From contig JBDKFG010000049.1 in NCBI GenBank assembly GCA_039798785.1, positions 1 to 37,168 on the forward strand: a DNA stretch of 37,168 bases. Direction: 5' to 3'. The DNA comes from Verrucomicrobiota bacterium (GTDB lineage Bacteria; Verrucomicrobiota; Lentisphaeria; Lentisphaerales; Lentisphaeraceae). The position numbers were made by a program, and so were the translations under genes. This document shows, in pieces, positions 18,265-27,603 of this stretch; positions within the stretch are counted from its first letter, which is position 1; the number at the start of each line of letters is the position of its first letter. Below the pieces are notes generated by a model, which ran no database searches, was not told the DNA's origin, and saw nothing but the letters and a program-made list of their open reading frames with translations.

Positions 18265-18386
18265 CAGTTGAAAGGTTGAACGGTTGAAAGGTTGAAAGAT
18301 GAAGCGGCAAAGATCAAGAGCCTCGACGGACTTAGGTCTTCGTTCTGCGTTTGCCTTTCAACCCTTGAACCTTTCAACCCGGTTCC
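18265..18386. repeat. Intergenic element bounded by inverted GTTGAAAG/CTTTCAAC octamer arrays (copy 1)
   Basis: CAGTTGAAAGGTTGAACGGTTGAAAGGTTGAAAG ... TTTGCCTTTCAACCCTTGAACCTTTCAACCCGGTTCC. Confidence 0.85.
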
Positions 18387-18400
18387 TGTGTTATACGAGA

Positions 18401-19537
18401 TCACGGCTTGGGACCTTTGGATGGGATTTCGAGAGTGAAGACGCTGCCCTCTCCCTCGCGGGAGCGGACTTTGATGGTGCCGGCGTGGGCGTCGGCGATG
18501 CGGCGGCTCATGGCCAGACCGAGGCCGATGCCGCCGTCCTTGGTGGTGAAGAAGGGTTCAAAGAGCCGGCCGAGCTTCGCCTCGGGAATGCCGCAGCCGT
18601 TGTCCTCGACTTCGACGACGAGCAGGCCGCCTCGTTTCTTCTTCGCCCGGATCTGGACCCTGCCGCCGTCGCGCACCGGGCAGGCCTGGACGGCGTTGAT
18701 GAAGAGGTTGAGGAGGATCTGGCGGATCTGGTGGGCGTCGATGACGCAGGAGAGGGTTTCGGGGGCCTCGATGTCGAAGTCGATGCCGCGGTCCTTGGCC
18801 ATCGGGACGGCGAGCTCGGCGGCTTCGGCGATGACCTGGCAGAGGTCGGCGGGAAAGGGGGAGAGGCCGCGCTGGCGGGTGTAGTGGAGGAGGTTGGTGA
18901 CGACGGAGTCGAGCTGGCGGGTGGCCATGACGATCTTGCCGGCCATGCGCTTCTGGTTGTCGCCGAGATCGCGTTCGAGCAGGCGGGCGAAGCCTTCGAC
19001 GGCGGCGAGAGGGTTGCGGATCTCGTGGGCAACGGAGGCGGCGACCTGACCGAGCGATCGCAGGCGTTCGTCGCGGCCTGACCGTTCCTGGAGGGATCGG
19101 TACTCGGTCAGGTCGTGCAAGACGGCGACGCTGCGCGGCTCGGCGCCGTGCAGCGGGATGAGGCTGGCGAGGAAGATGCGGTCTTCGCCGTTGATCGGGG
19201 CATGGACTTCGTGATCACGCAGGGTGGCGGCTGCGGCGAGGGGGGCGGCGAGAGACGGGAGGGCGGTGGAGAGGGGGGGGAGCTCTTCTTCGCGGCCGGC
19301 ACCGAAAAGGGCGAGGGCGGCGGAGTTGGCGGTGAGGATGCGGCCGGCGGGATCGACGAGGAAGACGGCGTCGGCGATGGCCGACAGGACGCTGGTGAGA
19401 CGCTCCTTGACTTCCCGGATCTGTTCCTGCAAGGCGCGGTGGCTTTCCTCCAGCTTCTGGCTTTGAAGCTGGAAGGCTTCGAAGGCGCGCAGAAGATTGT
19501 CGCGCGAACCGTCTCGGATGGGGGCAGGGGAGCTCAT
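18401..19537 (-). CDS. Cytoplasmic PAS histidine kinase (FleS/FlgS-like)
   Basis: N-terminal coiled coil LLRAFEAFQLQSQKLEESH, PAS, H-box VAHEIRNPL, NLFINAVQA, DNGCGI, FEPFFTTK, GIGLGL; no TM segment. Confidence 0.9.
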   Translation of the reverse strand: MSSPAPIRDGSRDNLLRAFEAFQLQSQKLEESHRALQEQIREVKERLTSVLSAIADAVFLVDPAGRILTANSAALALFGAGREEELPPLSTALPSLAAPLAAAATLRDHEVHAPINGEDRIFLASLIPLHGAEPRSVAVLHDLTEYRSLQERSGRDERLRSLGQVAASVAHEIRNPLAAVEGFARLLERDLGDNQKRMAGKIVMATRQLDSVVTNLLHYTRQRGLSPFPADLCQVIAEAAELAVPMAKDRGIDFDIEAPETLSCVIDAHQIRQILLNLFINAVQACPVRDGGRVQIRAKKKRGGLLVVEVEDNGCGIPEAKLGRLFEPFFTTKDGGIGLGLAMSRRIADAHAGTIKVRSREGEGSVFTLEIPSKGPKP

Positions 19538-19540
19538 GAG

Positions 19541-19687
19541 GGGTTGAAAACTTGAAAGTTTGTATGTCTGAAAGGTCGAGTTTCGAAGGCAGTGAGTGAA
19601 GCGTGCGGCTTCAAGGACGCCCAAGGGAACCTGTTCTGAGTGATGGAGCTCATGCATTCACCTTTGAATCTTTGAACCTTTGAACTG
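19541..19687. repeat. Intergenic inverted-octamer element (copy 2, opposite orientation, more degenerate)
   Basis: GGGTTGAAAACTTGAAAG...TCTGAAAG at left; CTTTGAATCTTTGAACCTTTGAACTG at right. Confidence 0.7.
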
Positions 19688-19701
19688 GTTGATGCGGCGG
19701 C

Positions 19702-20190
19702 TCATTTGTAAGCTTGCAGCTTGAGGCGTGCCCAGCTTCCCGGTCCGGCGGGTGCGCTTGCGGCGGGTGCGGGGCTGGCGGCTTCGGGCGCGGGGTTGGG
19801 CGAGCTGCGGCGCTCGGGGCGGAAGGGCTGGCCCGGCCGGGCCGCGCGGAGTTCAGTGGCCGGGCCCTGGGCGGGGGGGCGGTTCTGGCCTCCGAGGAGG
19901 TTGCGCAGGAGGGATTCATTCTCGGCGTCGATGACCAGCAGCTGCTCGAGCAGGGAGCCGAGCTCGCGGACGAGGGACTTCTCGCGGCTGTCGCCGTCCT
20001 GGGCGGCGGGCGCGATCAGCTGCTTTTGCGACTCGAAGGCGGCGAGGATCTGGCGTTTGACCTCGAGGATGCGGATCACCTTCTCCATGTCGAGATGTCC
20101 GTCGCCGAGGCTGAGGCGCTCGTCCCGGAAGACTTCGAGGAGCTTGCGGCAGCAGCGGATCTGTTCTTCGATGACTTCTTTACGGCTCAT
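19702..20190 (-). CDS. Helical protein, FlgN-like flagellar chaperone candidate
   Basis: EEQI...KLLE...ER..L pattern, D.ENE.LL motif, disordered tail ending in AY; overlaps the upstream stop; precedes the FleS/FleR-like pair. Confidence 0.45.
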   Translation of the reverse strand: MSRKEVIEEQIRCCRKLLEVFRDERLSLGDGHLDMEKVIRILEVKRQILAAFESQKQLIAPAAQDGDSREKSLVRELGSLLEQLLVIDAENESLLRNLLGGQNRPPAQGPATELRAARPGQPFRPERRSSPNPAPEAASPAPAASAPAGPGSWARLKLQAYK

Positions 20191-22511
20191 GGTGTCCTCC
20201 GCTTCGATTCCTCTTCGGCTTGACGGGTCAGTGCGGCTGTGGCGTTGATGCTGCGCTGCTGCCGGGTCAGGAGCTTCTTGAGGGCTTCGTCAGGGTCTGA
20301 TGCAAGAGGCGTGCCAGGCGTGATTTCGGCGATCTGGGTGCTGGCGGCGTCGAAATCACCGTCGCCGATGTCGCTGAAGGCGAGCAGGGCGCTTCGCGGC
20401 CAGATTTCCGACGGGAAGCGGCGGACGGCTTCGGCGGCGAGCCTGCGGCCGGCGGCGCGGTCGGTCCTGGCGAGGTGATTGAAGAGTCCGGCGTAGATCG
20501 GCTGCATCCAGCGCTGCTGTTCCTCGCCCGGGAGGACGGCAGGTATTTCCGCCAGGCTGGCCAGGGCTGAGGCTTCGGCTTCGGGCCCCGGCTTGAAGAG
20601 GTTCTGTGCGGCCCGGAAGGCGCGGAGTCGGACGCGGTCGGCGGAGCGGGTGAAGTAGGGTGCGGCGACGTTGAGGCGGCGGACCGCCTCGGCATGCTGG
20701 CCACGGGCGGCGGCGGCGGCGGCCCATTTGTGGTAGATGTCGAAGGCCATGGGGTGGGCGACGAACTGTGACTTCCAGATTGAAAAGAGCTGGTTCGAGG
20801 CGGCGCTCTCGCCGGTCTTCTCGTAGGCGTGGGCGAGGATGGCGATCGCCATCACCGAGTTCTGGTCGGCGCCGGCCTGGACCTTGCCCAGCTGGGAGAA
20901 CTGCTTCTTCATCACTTTCTTGGCGGTGTCGACGCACTCGGCCCAGAGCTCCATCTCGGCGAAGGCGTTGAGAAGGATGATGATGACTTCGCTGGTGCGG
21001 GTTTCGTCGAAGGAGCTGTTGATGTAGATCTTGGCGCGCACGGCGCGGACCGCCGGGCTGGCCCCGGCCCGCACCGAGCTTTCGACGTAGAGTCGCTGGA
21101 TCCTTTCGACATACTTCCGCCAGGAGGGGTTGGCGAGGTAGCGTGCGCAGAGCCGGTCGGCGTCCTGCCACTGTTCGCACTCCAGGGCGAACATGCTGCG
21201 GGCGACGTGAAGACTCTCCATGAAGTCGCTGTCGCGCGAATCTCCGTCCTTCTCGATCGAAAGGAGCATCTCCTCGATCTTCTCGCGCCGCTTCGGCGCT
21301 TCGGCGTCCTTGGCGGCTAGGTTGAGATGGGCGGTGAGGCAGCGCTCGTCGGGCAGGAGCGACTTGAGGATGTCCAGGCGGCGAGGATCGTGGAGAGGTC
21401 CGCGGCAGATCACCCATCCGATGTCGAGAGCCTCATTCCAGAGGCCTCGATTGATCAGGAGCTGGTAGTGGCGCAGCTCAGCCACCTTGACGAAATCGTG
21501 CTCGGGGTAATCGGTGACGCACATCGTCAGGTATTCTCGAGCCGTCTTGATGTTGCCGCGGGATTCCTCAAGACGAGCGAGATGGACGAGGCTTTCGGCG
21601 CCGTAGCTGGCGGACTTGGCGACGTCGCGCAGGTGGTTGGCGATGTCGTAGGATTCGGTGACTTCGCCGCGCTCGCAGAGGAGGCGGAGCAGGAGGGTCT
21701 CGCCGCGAAGTCGCTGCGAGGCGTCCCCGGGGAGGTTGTTCATCAAGGCGCGGCATTCGGCTTCGCACAGGGCGAGCTGGTTGCGGCGGAAGGCTTCCGG
21801 GGTCGAGTCCTTGGGGGCGGTTTCACCCTCGGCGGCGGCGGCGTGCAGCTCGGCCTTGCGGACCAGGGTGTCGGCCCACAGTTCGATGGAGCGTGGGTCG
21901 TCACCGTGGCTGGCCTCTTCGGCGATGCTGCCGAGGAGGGTGGCTGCGGCGGCGAGGCGTCCGAGCTTGGCGAGGCAGTCGGCCTGCATGGTGCGCAGGC
22001 TCCAGCGCTTTTCCGCGGTCAGGGCGAGCTGTTCGAGTTCGCCGAGCTGTTTGATCGCCTCGTTCCAGCTGCCGGTGCTCATCTGCAGCCGGACCGAGGC
22101 GCTTCTCTCCGTCTCTTCGGCGGCCCTCGGCAGGCCCTCGTGACGAGCCAGCTCGATGGTCGAGAGGGCGGCGTTGGCAAGGGCGTCGCGTTCCTGGGGG
22201 TCGGTGCAGCGTTCGCTTTGCAGGCGCAGGCATTCCGCCTTGGCTGCGTACCAGGGGCCGCGATGGTGCTGGGGAAGGTCTTCGACGCGCAGCCGGTTGA
22301 GCATGGCGAGGGCGGTTTCGGGACTTTTCCGGCGTGCGGCCAGGCGGGAATCCTCGATCCAGCGACCCAGGTCGCCATCTTTGATCTTGGCGCTGCTGCT
22401 GACCTCCTCGCTCTTGGCGCGCGCCTTGGCGCCGGCGAGGCTGACGACCTGCCAGGCGGCGATGCCGGCGGCGGCGCAGCAGACGAGTGAGACGGCGGCG
22501 GTCTTTTTCAT
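20187..22511 (-). CDS. Large membrane-anchored TPR-like alpha-solenoid protein
   Basis: 774 aa with an N-terminal hydrophobic helix and repeated helical pairs (e.g. LVHLARLEESRGNIKTAREYL...DYP). Confidence 0.7.
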   Translation of the reverse strand: MKKTAAVSLVCCAAAGIAAWQVVSLAGAKARAKSEEVSSSAKIKDGDLGRWIEDSRLAARRKSPETALAMLNRLRVEDLPQHHRGPWYAAKAECLRLQSERCTDPQERDALANAALSTIELARHEGLPRAAEETERSASVRLQMSTGSWNEAIKQLGELEQLALTAEKRWSLRTMQADCLAKLGRLAAAATLLGSIAEEASHGDDPRSIELWADTLVRKAELHAAAAEGETAPKDSTPEAFRRNQLALCEAECRALMNNLPGDASQRLRGETLLLRLLCERGEVTESYDIANHLRDVAKSASYGAESLVHLARLEESRGNIKTAREYLTMCVTDYPEHDFVKVAELRHYQLLINRGLWNEALDIGWVICRGPLHDPRRLDILKSLLPDERCLTAHLNLAAKDAEAPKRREKIEEMLLSIEKDGDSRDSDFMESLHVARSMFALECEQWQDADRLCARYLANPSWRKYVERIQRLYVESSVRAGASPAVRAVRAKIYINSSFDETRTSEVIIILLNAFAEMELWAECVDTAKKVMKKQFSQLGKVQAGADQNSVMAIAILAHAYEKTGESAASNQLFSIWKSQFVAHPMAFDIYHKWAAAAAARGQHAEAVRRLNVAAPYFTRSADRVRLRAFRAAQNLFKPGPEAEASALASLAEIPAVLPGEEQQRWMQPIYAGLFNHLARTDRAAGRRLAAEAVRRFPSEIWPRSALLAFSDIGDGDFDAASTQIAEITPGTPLASDPDEALKKLLTRQQRSINATAALTRQAEEESKRRTP

Positions 22512-22580
22512 GGTTGGGATCCCGGGTCCGGGGCTTGCTTTTGGCTGTCGCGAATCATGGGAGGGGCTTCCGGGCTTTTT

Positions 22581-23039
22581 TTAATCGCCTGCCGCCGGGT
22601 CTTCGAAGCTGGCGAGGAGGATGCGGCGTTCCTCCGCGCCGATGCAGCTGCGGCTTCCGGTGGCGCCGCTGCGGCCGTGCTGGCCGAGGAGTTCGCGGAG
22701 GATGGATTCGTTCACCGGCTTGGGCATCACTTGCAGCACCCTCGGGTGGCGGGCGCAGGCGGCGAGCACTTCCGGCGTGGCGGCGGACAGGTAGATCAAG
22801 GGCGGCGGCTCGGCCTGGGCTGCGAGACGGTCGAGGATGGTCAGTCCTTTGCCGTCTGGCAGGTCGTGATCGCAGATGACCAGGCTGAAACTGCCGGAAG
22901 CGAGTCGAGACAGGGCCTCGCGAAGGTTGCCGGCGCGCTCGTGGCGCCAGCCGGCCGATTCGAGGAGGTCGCCGTAGCTGAGGGCGAGGAGCGGGTCGTC
23001 CTCGATCACCAGCACCGTGCCGCGTGTCAGGGGGCTCAT
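22581..23039 (-). CDS. Single-domain response regulator
   Basis: VLVIEDD, ICDHDLPDG, YLSA, PKP receiver motifs. Confidence 0.85.
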   Translation of the reverse strand: MSPLTRGTVLVIEDDPLLALSYGDLLESAGWRHERAGNLREALSRLASGSFSLVICDHDLPDGKGLTILDRLAAQAEPPPLIYLSAATPEVLAACARHPRVLQVMPKPVNESILRELLGQHGRSGATGSRSCIGAEERRILLASFEDPAAGD

Positions 23040-23755
23040 GGCTCACCGTTGACGGTTTCAAGCTTGATCTGGGGTATGACCAGGTCGACTCCGGCGGGGA
23101 CCAGAGCCTCCGGGTCGCTGATCTTGTCGCGATTGGCCTCGTAGATCTTCTGCCATTTCGATTCGTCGTCGTAGACGGCCTTCTCCGCCGCGATGCCGCG
23201 CAGGGTCATGGCTTCGGTGGTGCTGTAGATGAAGAAGTCGGAGGGTTTTTTCGGCGGTTTCTCCGCCGGGTCCTTGGCGTGGGTCTTTTGGTGCTCGGCC
23301 GCGGCGGCTTTCATCGCTTCTATCCTGGCTTTCAGTTCGGCCTTCTCCTTCTCCGCCGCCGCCAGGATGTCGCGCTGGCGCTCGCTCGTCTGGAGTTGTT
23401 CGTAGCGGCGTCGATTCGCCTGGATCAAGGCGTTGAGCCGCGACACTTCGGCCGCCTTCAGCGAGATCAGGCGCTGACGCTCGCGGATGACGGCGTAGCG
23501 TTCGGCCCGCTGCACCACTTCCGCCGCCGGGCTGGGTGAGGCCTCTAGCGCCGCTTCTTCGGCGACGCCAGCGGCGACGCATAGCTCGAGCTCTTGAGCC
23601 GCCTTGTCGAGATCATCGAGGAGCTGATCGCGTTCGCTCAGCAGCGCCGCGCTGCTGGCAGCGGCAGGCGAAGGAGGGGGCTGTGGCGCGGCCTGCGGCT
23701 CAGCGGCGGCCAACAGGAGTGAAATCAGGGCTTGCAGCATGGCTTGGTTCCTCAT
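23036..23755 (-). CDS. Exported coiled-coil protein with a C-terminal LysM domain
   Basis: Signal peptide, coiled coil, then TLRGIA...VYDDESKWQKIYEANRDKISDP...LVIP (LysM). Confidence 0.8.
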   Translation of the reverse strand: MRNQAMLQALISLLLAAAEPQAAPQPPPSPAAASSAALLSERDQLLDDLDKAAQELELCVAAGVAEEAALEASPSPAAEVVQRAERYAVIRERQRLISLKAAEVSRLNALIQANRRRYEQLQTSERQRDILAAAEKEKAELKARIEAMKAAAAEHQKTHAKDPAEKPPKKPSDFFIYSTTEAMTLRGIAAEKAVYDDESKWQKIYEANRDKISDPEALVPAGVDLVIPQIKLETVNGEP

Positions 23756-23776
23756 CGGTTCTCACCGGATTCATCA

Positions 23777-23792
23777 CGCAAATGCCGTGCCC
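23777..23792 (-). promoter_or_regulatory. Sigma54 (-24/-12) promoter
   Basis: Minus strand GGGCACGGCATTTGCG has exact GG-N10-GC spacing and matches TGGCACG-N4-TTGC; it lies 21 nt upstream of ATG 23755. Confidence 0.72.
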
Positions 23793-23834
23793 ATTCATTT
23801 TCCGGTGCTGATGCCGGAAGGGTCGAGCGCCGTC

Positions 23835-25073
23835 TCAGCCGGGTGCTGCGAGGTGGCGGAGCAGGCCGCGTGCGGCGCCGCGGCCGGTGGCGAGACAGGC
23901 CGTGAGGAGATAGCCGCCGGTGGGGGCTTCCCAATCCAGCATCTCGCCGCAAGCGAAGACTCCGGGAAGCTTTTTCAGCATCAGGTCGGGTGTCAGCTCT
24001 TCTGCCGGAATGCCCCCGGCGCAGCTGATCGCCTCGTCGAGAGGGCGGCAGCGGCGCAGGCGGATCGGCAGATTCTTGATGATCACCGCCAGTCTCGCCG
24101 GATCCTCGCTGAGCCTGGCACCGTGGACTTCGCGTAGCAAGCCGGCTTTGACGCCGTCGATGCCGCGCTTGCGCAAATGATTCGACAGCGAATCCTTGCC
24201 TCGAGGCAGTGATAAATCGTAGAAAAGCTGGTGGAAGTTGCGGTCGGGAGCAAGGTCGAGCCAGAGATCGACGTGGCCGTCGGCCTCAATCGCGTCGCGC
24301 AGCGGTGCTGATAAAGCGTAGACCAGGCTGCCTTCGATACCTTTTTCGGTGATCACGAATTCGCCTTGGCGTTCGATCGGGGCGCCGTCCGTGCCCTGGA
24401 GTGCGGCTTTCACGGCTTTCACCGGGGTGCCGGAGAATTTTCCGGCGAAGAGCGGGGTCCAGTCGCATTCGAAGCCGCAGTTGGCGGGTCGGAAGGGCTT
24501 GCAGGAGACGTCTTGGGCGCCGAGCAGAGGGGTCCAGGAGCCATCGGAACCTAGCCGCTGCCAGGTCGCGCCGCCGGTGGCCAGGATCAGCCCGTCGAAT
24601 TCTTCTTGGAGTTCGCCGTTGGGGGTGGCGAAGCGGCAGGCGCCGGCGCAGTTCCAGCCGAGCCAGCGGTGTCGGAGACGGATTTTGACTCCGAGACCGG
24701 CGAGGCGGAGCAGCCAGGCACGGAGAGAGGGGGCTGCCCGCATGTCCTGGGGGAAGACGCGGCCGGAGCTGCCGACAAAAGTGGGGATGCCGAGGCGATG
24801 GAGCCAGTCGCGGACCTGTCCGGGAGGGAAGGCTTCGAGGTGGGGGCGCAACCAAGAAAGGGCTTGGCCGTAGCGGCGGTAGAAGTCCGGCAAGGGCTCG
24901 GAGTGGGTGATGTTCAGGCCGCCGACTCCGGCTCGGAGGTATTTTCTTGCCGGTGTGGCGCCGGATTCGAAGACGAAGACGGCGTGTCCGGCTTCGGCGA
25001 GGACTTCGGCGGCGGCAAGGCCGGCTGGACCGGCGCCGATGACGGCGATGCGGCGAGGGGCGGGAGAGGTCAA
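23835..25073 (-). CDS. HI0933/BaiN-like flavoprotein (TIGR03862-type NAD(P)/FAD oxidoreductase)
   Basis: IGAGPAGLAAA dinucleotide fold, GGLNITHSE, GSSGRVFP, GEMLDWEAPTGGYLLTAC. Confidence 0.9.
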   Translation of the reverse strand: MTSPAPRRIAVIGAGPAGLAAAEVLAEAGHAVFVFESGATPARKYLRAGVGGLNITHSEPLPDFYRRYGQALSWLRPHLEAFPPGQVRDWLHRLGIPTFVGSSGRVFPQDMRAAPSLRAWLLRLAGLGVKIRLRHRWLGWNCAGACRFATPNGELQEEFDGLILATGGATWQRLGSDGSWTPLLGAQDVSCKPFRPANCGFECDWTPLFAGKFSGTPVKAVKAALQGTDGAPIERQGEFVITEKGIEGSLVYALSAPLRDAIEADGHVDLWLDLAPDRNFHQLFYDLSLPRGKDSLSNHLRKRGIDGVKAGLLREVHGARLSEDPARLAVIIKNLPIRLRRCRPLDEAISCAGGIPAEELTPDLMLKKLPGVFACGEMLDWEAPTGGYLLTACLATGRGAARGLLRHLAAPG

Positions 25074-25081
25074 ACGAGTTT

Positions 25082-25190
25082 CCGCAGTTGAAAGGTTGGG
25101 CGCAAATTCAGGATTCGGGATTCAGGATCTCAAGATCTGGCGGTTTTGGGAGTCGAGCAAACGTCTCCAGAAGATCTTGAATGTTGAAAT
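25082..25190. repeat. Half copy of the octamer element plus a heptamer (TCAGGAT/TCAAGAT) hairpin
   Basis: CCGCAGTTGAAAGGTTGG 25082-25099 is identical to 33657-33674; TCAAGATCT...AGATCTTGA inverted pair. Confidence 0.6.
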
Positions 25191-25194
25191 CAAG

Positions 25195-26559
25195 TCACCG
25201 CAGGGTGTTCCAGGTGGCGCGGAGTGGGGGGAGGGTCTGGCGACCGGTCTGTGAATCGATCCACAGATTCAGGTCGTTGACCAGGTCGGAGGCTTGGGCG
25301 TAGCGGCCTTCAGGGCGTTTTTTCAGGAGGCGCTCGAGGATCAGCTGCAGGGCGACGGGGAAAGTGGGCATGAGCTTGATCGGCTCGGGTGGGTTTTCAG
25401 TCTGAACCTTGAAGCCGAGGGCGGAAAGATTCATCGCTTCGAAGGGTTTCTGGCCGAGCCAGAATTCGAAGGCTAGGACACCGAGGGAATAGAGGTCGGC
25501 GCGATGGTCGACCTTGGGACAGGAGAATCCCTCGGGCGAGAGGTAGTAGGGGGTGCCGACGATGCGGGAGATGTTGGTGATGTCGGAATCCGGCAGCTGG
25601 GCGACGCCGAAGTCGGTGAGCTTGACCTTCCAGTCCGGCGCGCCGCTGATCATGACGTTATCCGGCTTGATGTCGCGGTGGATGACTTCGCAGGCGTGGG
25701 TGGCGGCGAGGGCCGAGGCGAGGTCGCGGATAATGCGGACCTTGATCGGCAGACGCAAGTCCGGATTGTTCATGTGGCGCTTCAGCGGTGTGCCGGGGAA
25801 GTATTCCATCACCAGGTAGGGGATGTTCTCTTCCCGGGCGTAGCCGTGCTCGAAGGTGTGGATGACGCAGGGGTGGTTGAGGCGGGAGGCGGCATCGGCT
25901 TCCTTGAAGAAGCGCTGCACGGCTTCGTTGCGGGCACTGCCGCCGACCTGGTTCTTGATGATCTTGATGGCGTATTCGACGCCGTTCTTGTCGCCTTTGA
26001 GGACCAGTCCCATCTGGCCTTCGCCGAGGGTTTCGAGGATGCGGTATCCGGCGATGTAGCGGGTCGAGGTCGACTTGGAGTGATCCTGGGTCTGGGTCAT
26101 GTCCGCCGTCGCCTTGTGGTGCTCGAGGGCGGAGTGGACGCGTTCGCGCAGGTGGGAGATGTCGAAGGGCTTGGTGATGTAGTCGAAGGCGCCGAACTTC
26201 ATCGCTGTGACCGCGGCTTCGACCTTGGGGAAGCCGGTCATCAGGATGACTTCCACCCCGCTGTTGCGCTGCTTGATGGTCTGCAGCAACTCCATGCCGG
26301 AGGTGCCTGGCATCATGATGTCGGAAAGGACGAGATCGAAGCCGGAGTCGATCAGGGGCAGCGCCTCGTCGGCGCTGGCGACTGAGTGGACATCGAGATC
26401 CTCGCCTTCAAGAATGTCGGTGACCAGCATCCGCAAGGGGGCTTCATCCTCGACCACCAGGACCCGGGGTTTGCTGGCGGCAGTGGAGTCGGGAAGCACG
26501 ACGGTATGATCGAAAGGCTTGGCCGAGGCCCTGGAGAGGGGGTGGGGTGTCGCTGGCAT
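25195..26559 (-). CDS. Response regulator receiver fused to a Hanks-type Ser/Thr protein kinase
   Basis: REC VLVVEDE/SDIMMPG/KPF; kinase GEGQMG, AIK, HRDIKPDN, DFG, GTPYYLSPE, DLYSLG. Confidence 0.9.
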   Translation of the reverse strand: MPATPHPLSRASAKPFDHTVVLPDSTAASKPRVLVVEDEAPLRMLVTDILEGEDLDVHSVASADEALPLIDSGFDLVLSDIMMPGTSGMELLQTIKQRNSGVEVILMTGFPKVEAAVTAMKFGAFDYITKPFDISHLRERVHSALEHHKATADMTQTQDHSKSTSTRYIAGYRILETLGEGQMGLVLKGDKNGVEYAIKIIKNQVGGSARNEAVQRFFKEADAASRLNHPCVIHTFEHGYAREENIPYLVMEYFPGTPLKRHMNNPDLRLPIKVRIIRDLASALAATHACEVIHRDIKPDNVMISGAPDWKVKLTDFGVAQLPDSDITNISRIVGTPYYLSPEGFSCPKVDHRADLYSLGVLAFEFWLGQKPFEAMNLSALGFKVQTENPPEPIKLMPTFPVALQLILERLLKKRPEGRYAQASDLVNDLNLWIDSQTGRQTLPPLRATWNTLR

Positions 26560-26646
26560 GTCTCGGCTCCGATCTGGTTCACTACTAAGTTAGACAGCAA
26601 AGCCCCGCCTCCGCAAGATCCCGGCTCCAAAAAAGGGGGGATTTCC

Positions 26647-27603
26647 TCAAATCAGGTGGCAGGCGGCCTGGTGGCCCGGTTTGATCTCGCGCAGCGCCGG
26701 GGCTTCTTGGCGGCAGTGATCGGTGGCCAAGGGGCAGCGGGCGGCGAAGCGGCAGCCCTTGGGAAGGTTGACGGGGGAGGGGATCTCCCCGGGGATCGGC
26801 TGGTGCGGCCGGGCCTTCTCGATTTCGGGGTCGGCCTTGGGGTTGGAGGCGATGAGCGCCTGGGAGTAGGGGTGGCGGGGATTGAAGAAGACTTCATCGG
26901 CGGGGCCGATTTCGCAGATGGCGCCGAGGTACATGACGGCGATGCGGTCGGAGACGAAGCGCACCATCGAAAGGTCGTGGGCGATGAAGATCATGGTCAG
27001 CCCGAGACTTTCCTTCAGGTCGGCGAGCAGGTTCACCACTTGGGCCTGGATCGACACGTCGAGGGCGGAGATCGGTTCGTCGCAGATCACCAGGCGGGGC
27101 TCGGCGATCATCGCCCGGGCGATGCCGATGCGCTGGCGCTGGCCGCCGGAGAATTCGTGGGGATAGCGGACCATATGGTCTTTGTTCAAGCCGACGCGTT
27201 GCAGCCAGAAACCGACGCGTTCGCGGATCTGCTCCTTGCCGAAGCCGCCGCGAAGAGCCAGCGCTTCGCTGATGATCTCCTCCACCGTCATTCGCGGATT
27301 GAGAGACGAGTAAGGGTCCTGGAAGACCATCTGCATCTGGCTGGCCATGCGGCGGTATTCCGCCGGGCCGTACTGCGCCGGCAGAGGCTGACCTTGGTAG
27401 AGGATCTCTCCCGATGTGCGCGGGTGCAGGCCGATCAGTGTCTTGCCGAGAGTGGACTTGCCGGATCCGGATTCCCCCACCAGTCCGAGTACTTCGCGCT
27501 CACGGATGACGAGGTCGATGCCGTCGACGGCGTGGACGCGGCGCCCCGCGCCGAGATCGAAATATTTGCGGAGTCCGCGGGTTTCAAGGAGGACGGGATT
27601 CAT
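26647..27603 (-). CDS. oppF: Oligopeptide/dipeptide ABC transporter ATP-binding subunit (OppF/DppF-like)
   Basis: GESGSGKST, FQDPYSSLNP, FSGGQRQR, DEPISALD, Cys-rich C-terminus ending ACH. Confidence 0.88.
   Translation of the reverse strand: MNPVLLETRGLRKYFDLGAGRRVHAVDGIDLVIREREVLGLVGESGSGKSTLGKTLIGLHPRTSGEILYQGQPLPAQYGPAEYRRMASQMQMVFQDPYSSLNPRMTVEEIISEALALRGGFGKEQIRERVGFWLQRVGLNKDHMVRYPHEFSGGQRQRIGIARAMIAEPRLVICDEPISALDVSIQAQVVNLLADLKESLGLTMIFIAHDLSMVRFVSDRIAVMYLGAICEIGPADEVFFNPRHPYSQALIASNPKADPEIEKARPHQPIPGEIPSPVNLPKGCRFAARCPLATDHCRQEAPALREIKPGHQAACHLI

Noticed and set aside
18265..18386. CRISPR array (GTTGAAAG resembles CRISPR repeat 3' ends)
   Set aside because: Units are contiguous octamers in inverted arrays, with no regular repeat-spacer period and no cas genes.
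18254..19657. N-terminal extensions of the sigma54 regulator (to 18310) and the kinase (to 19657) in the ORF track
   Set aside because: The extensions are read-through of the octamer repeat elements (STFQPFN-like peptides); domain homology starts at the later ATGs.
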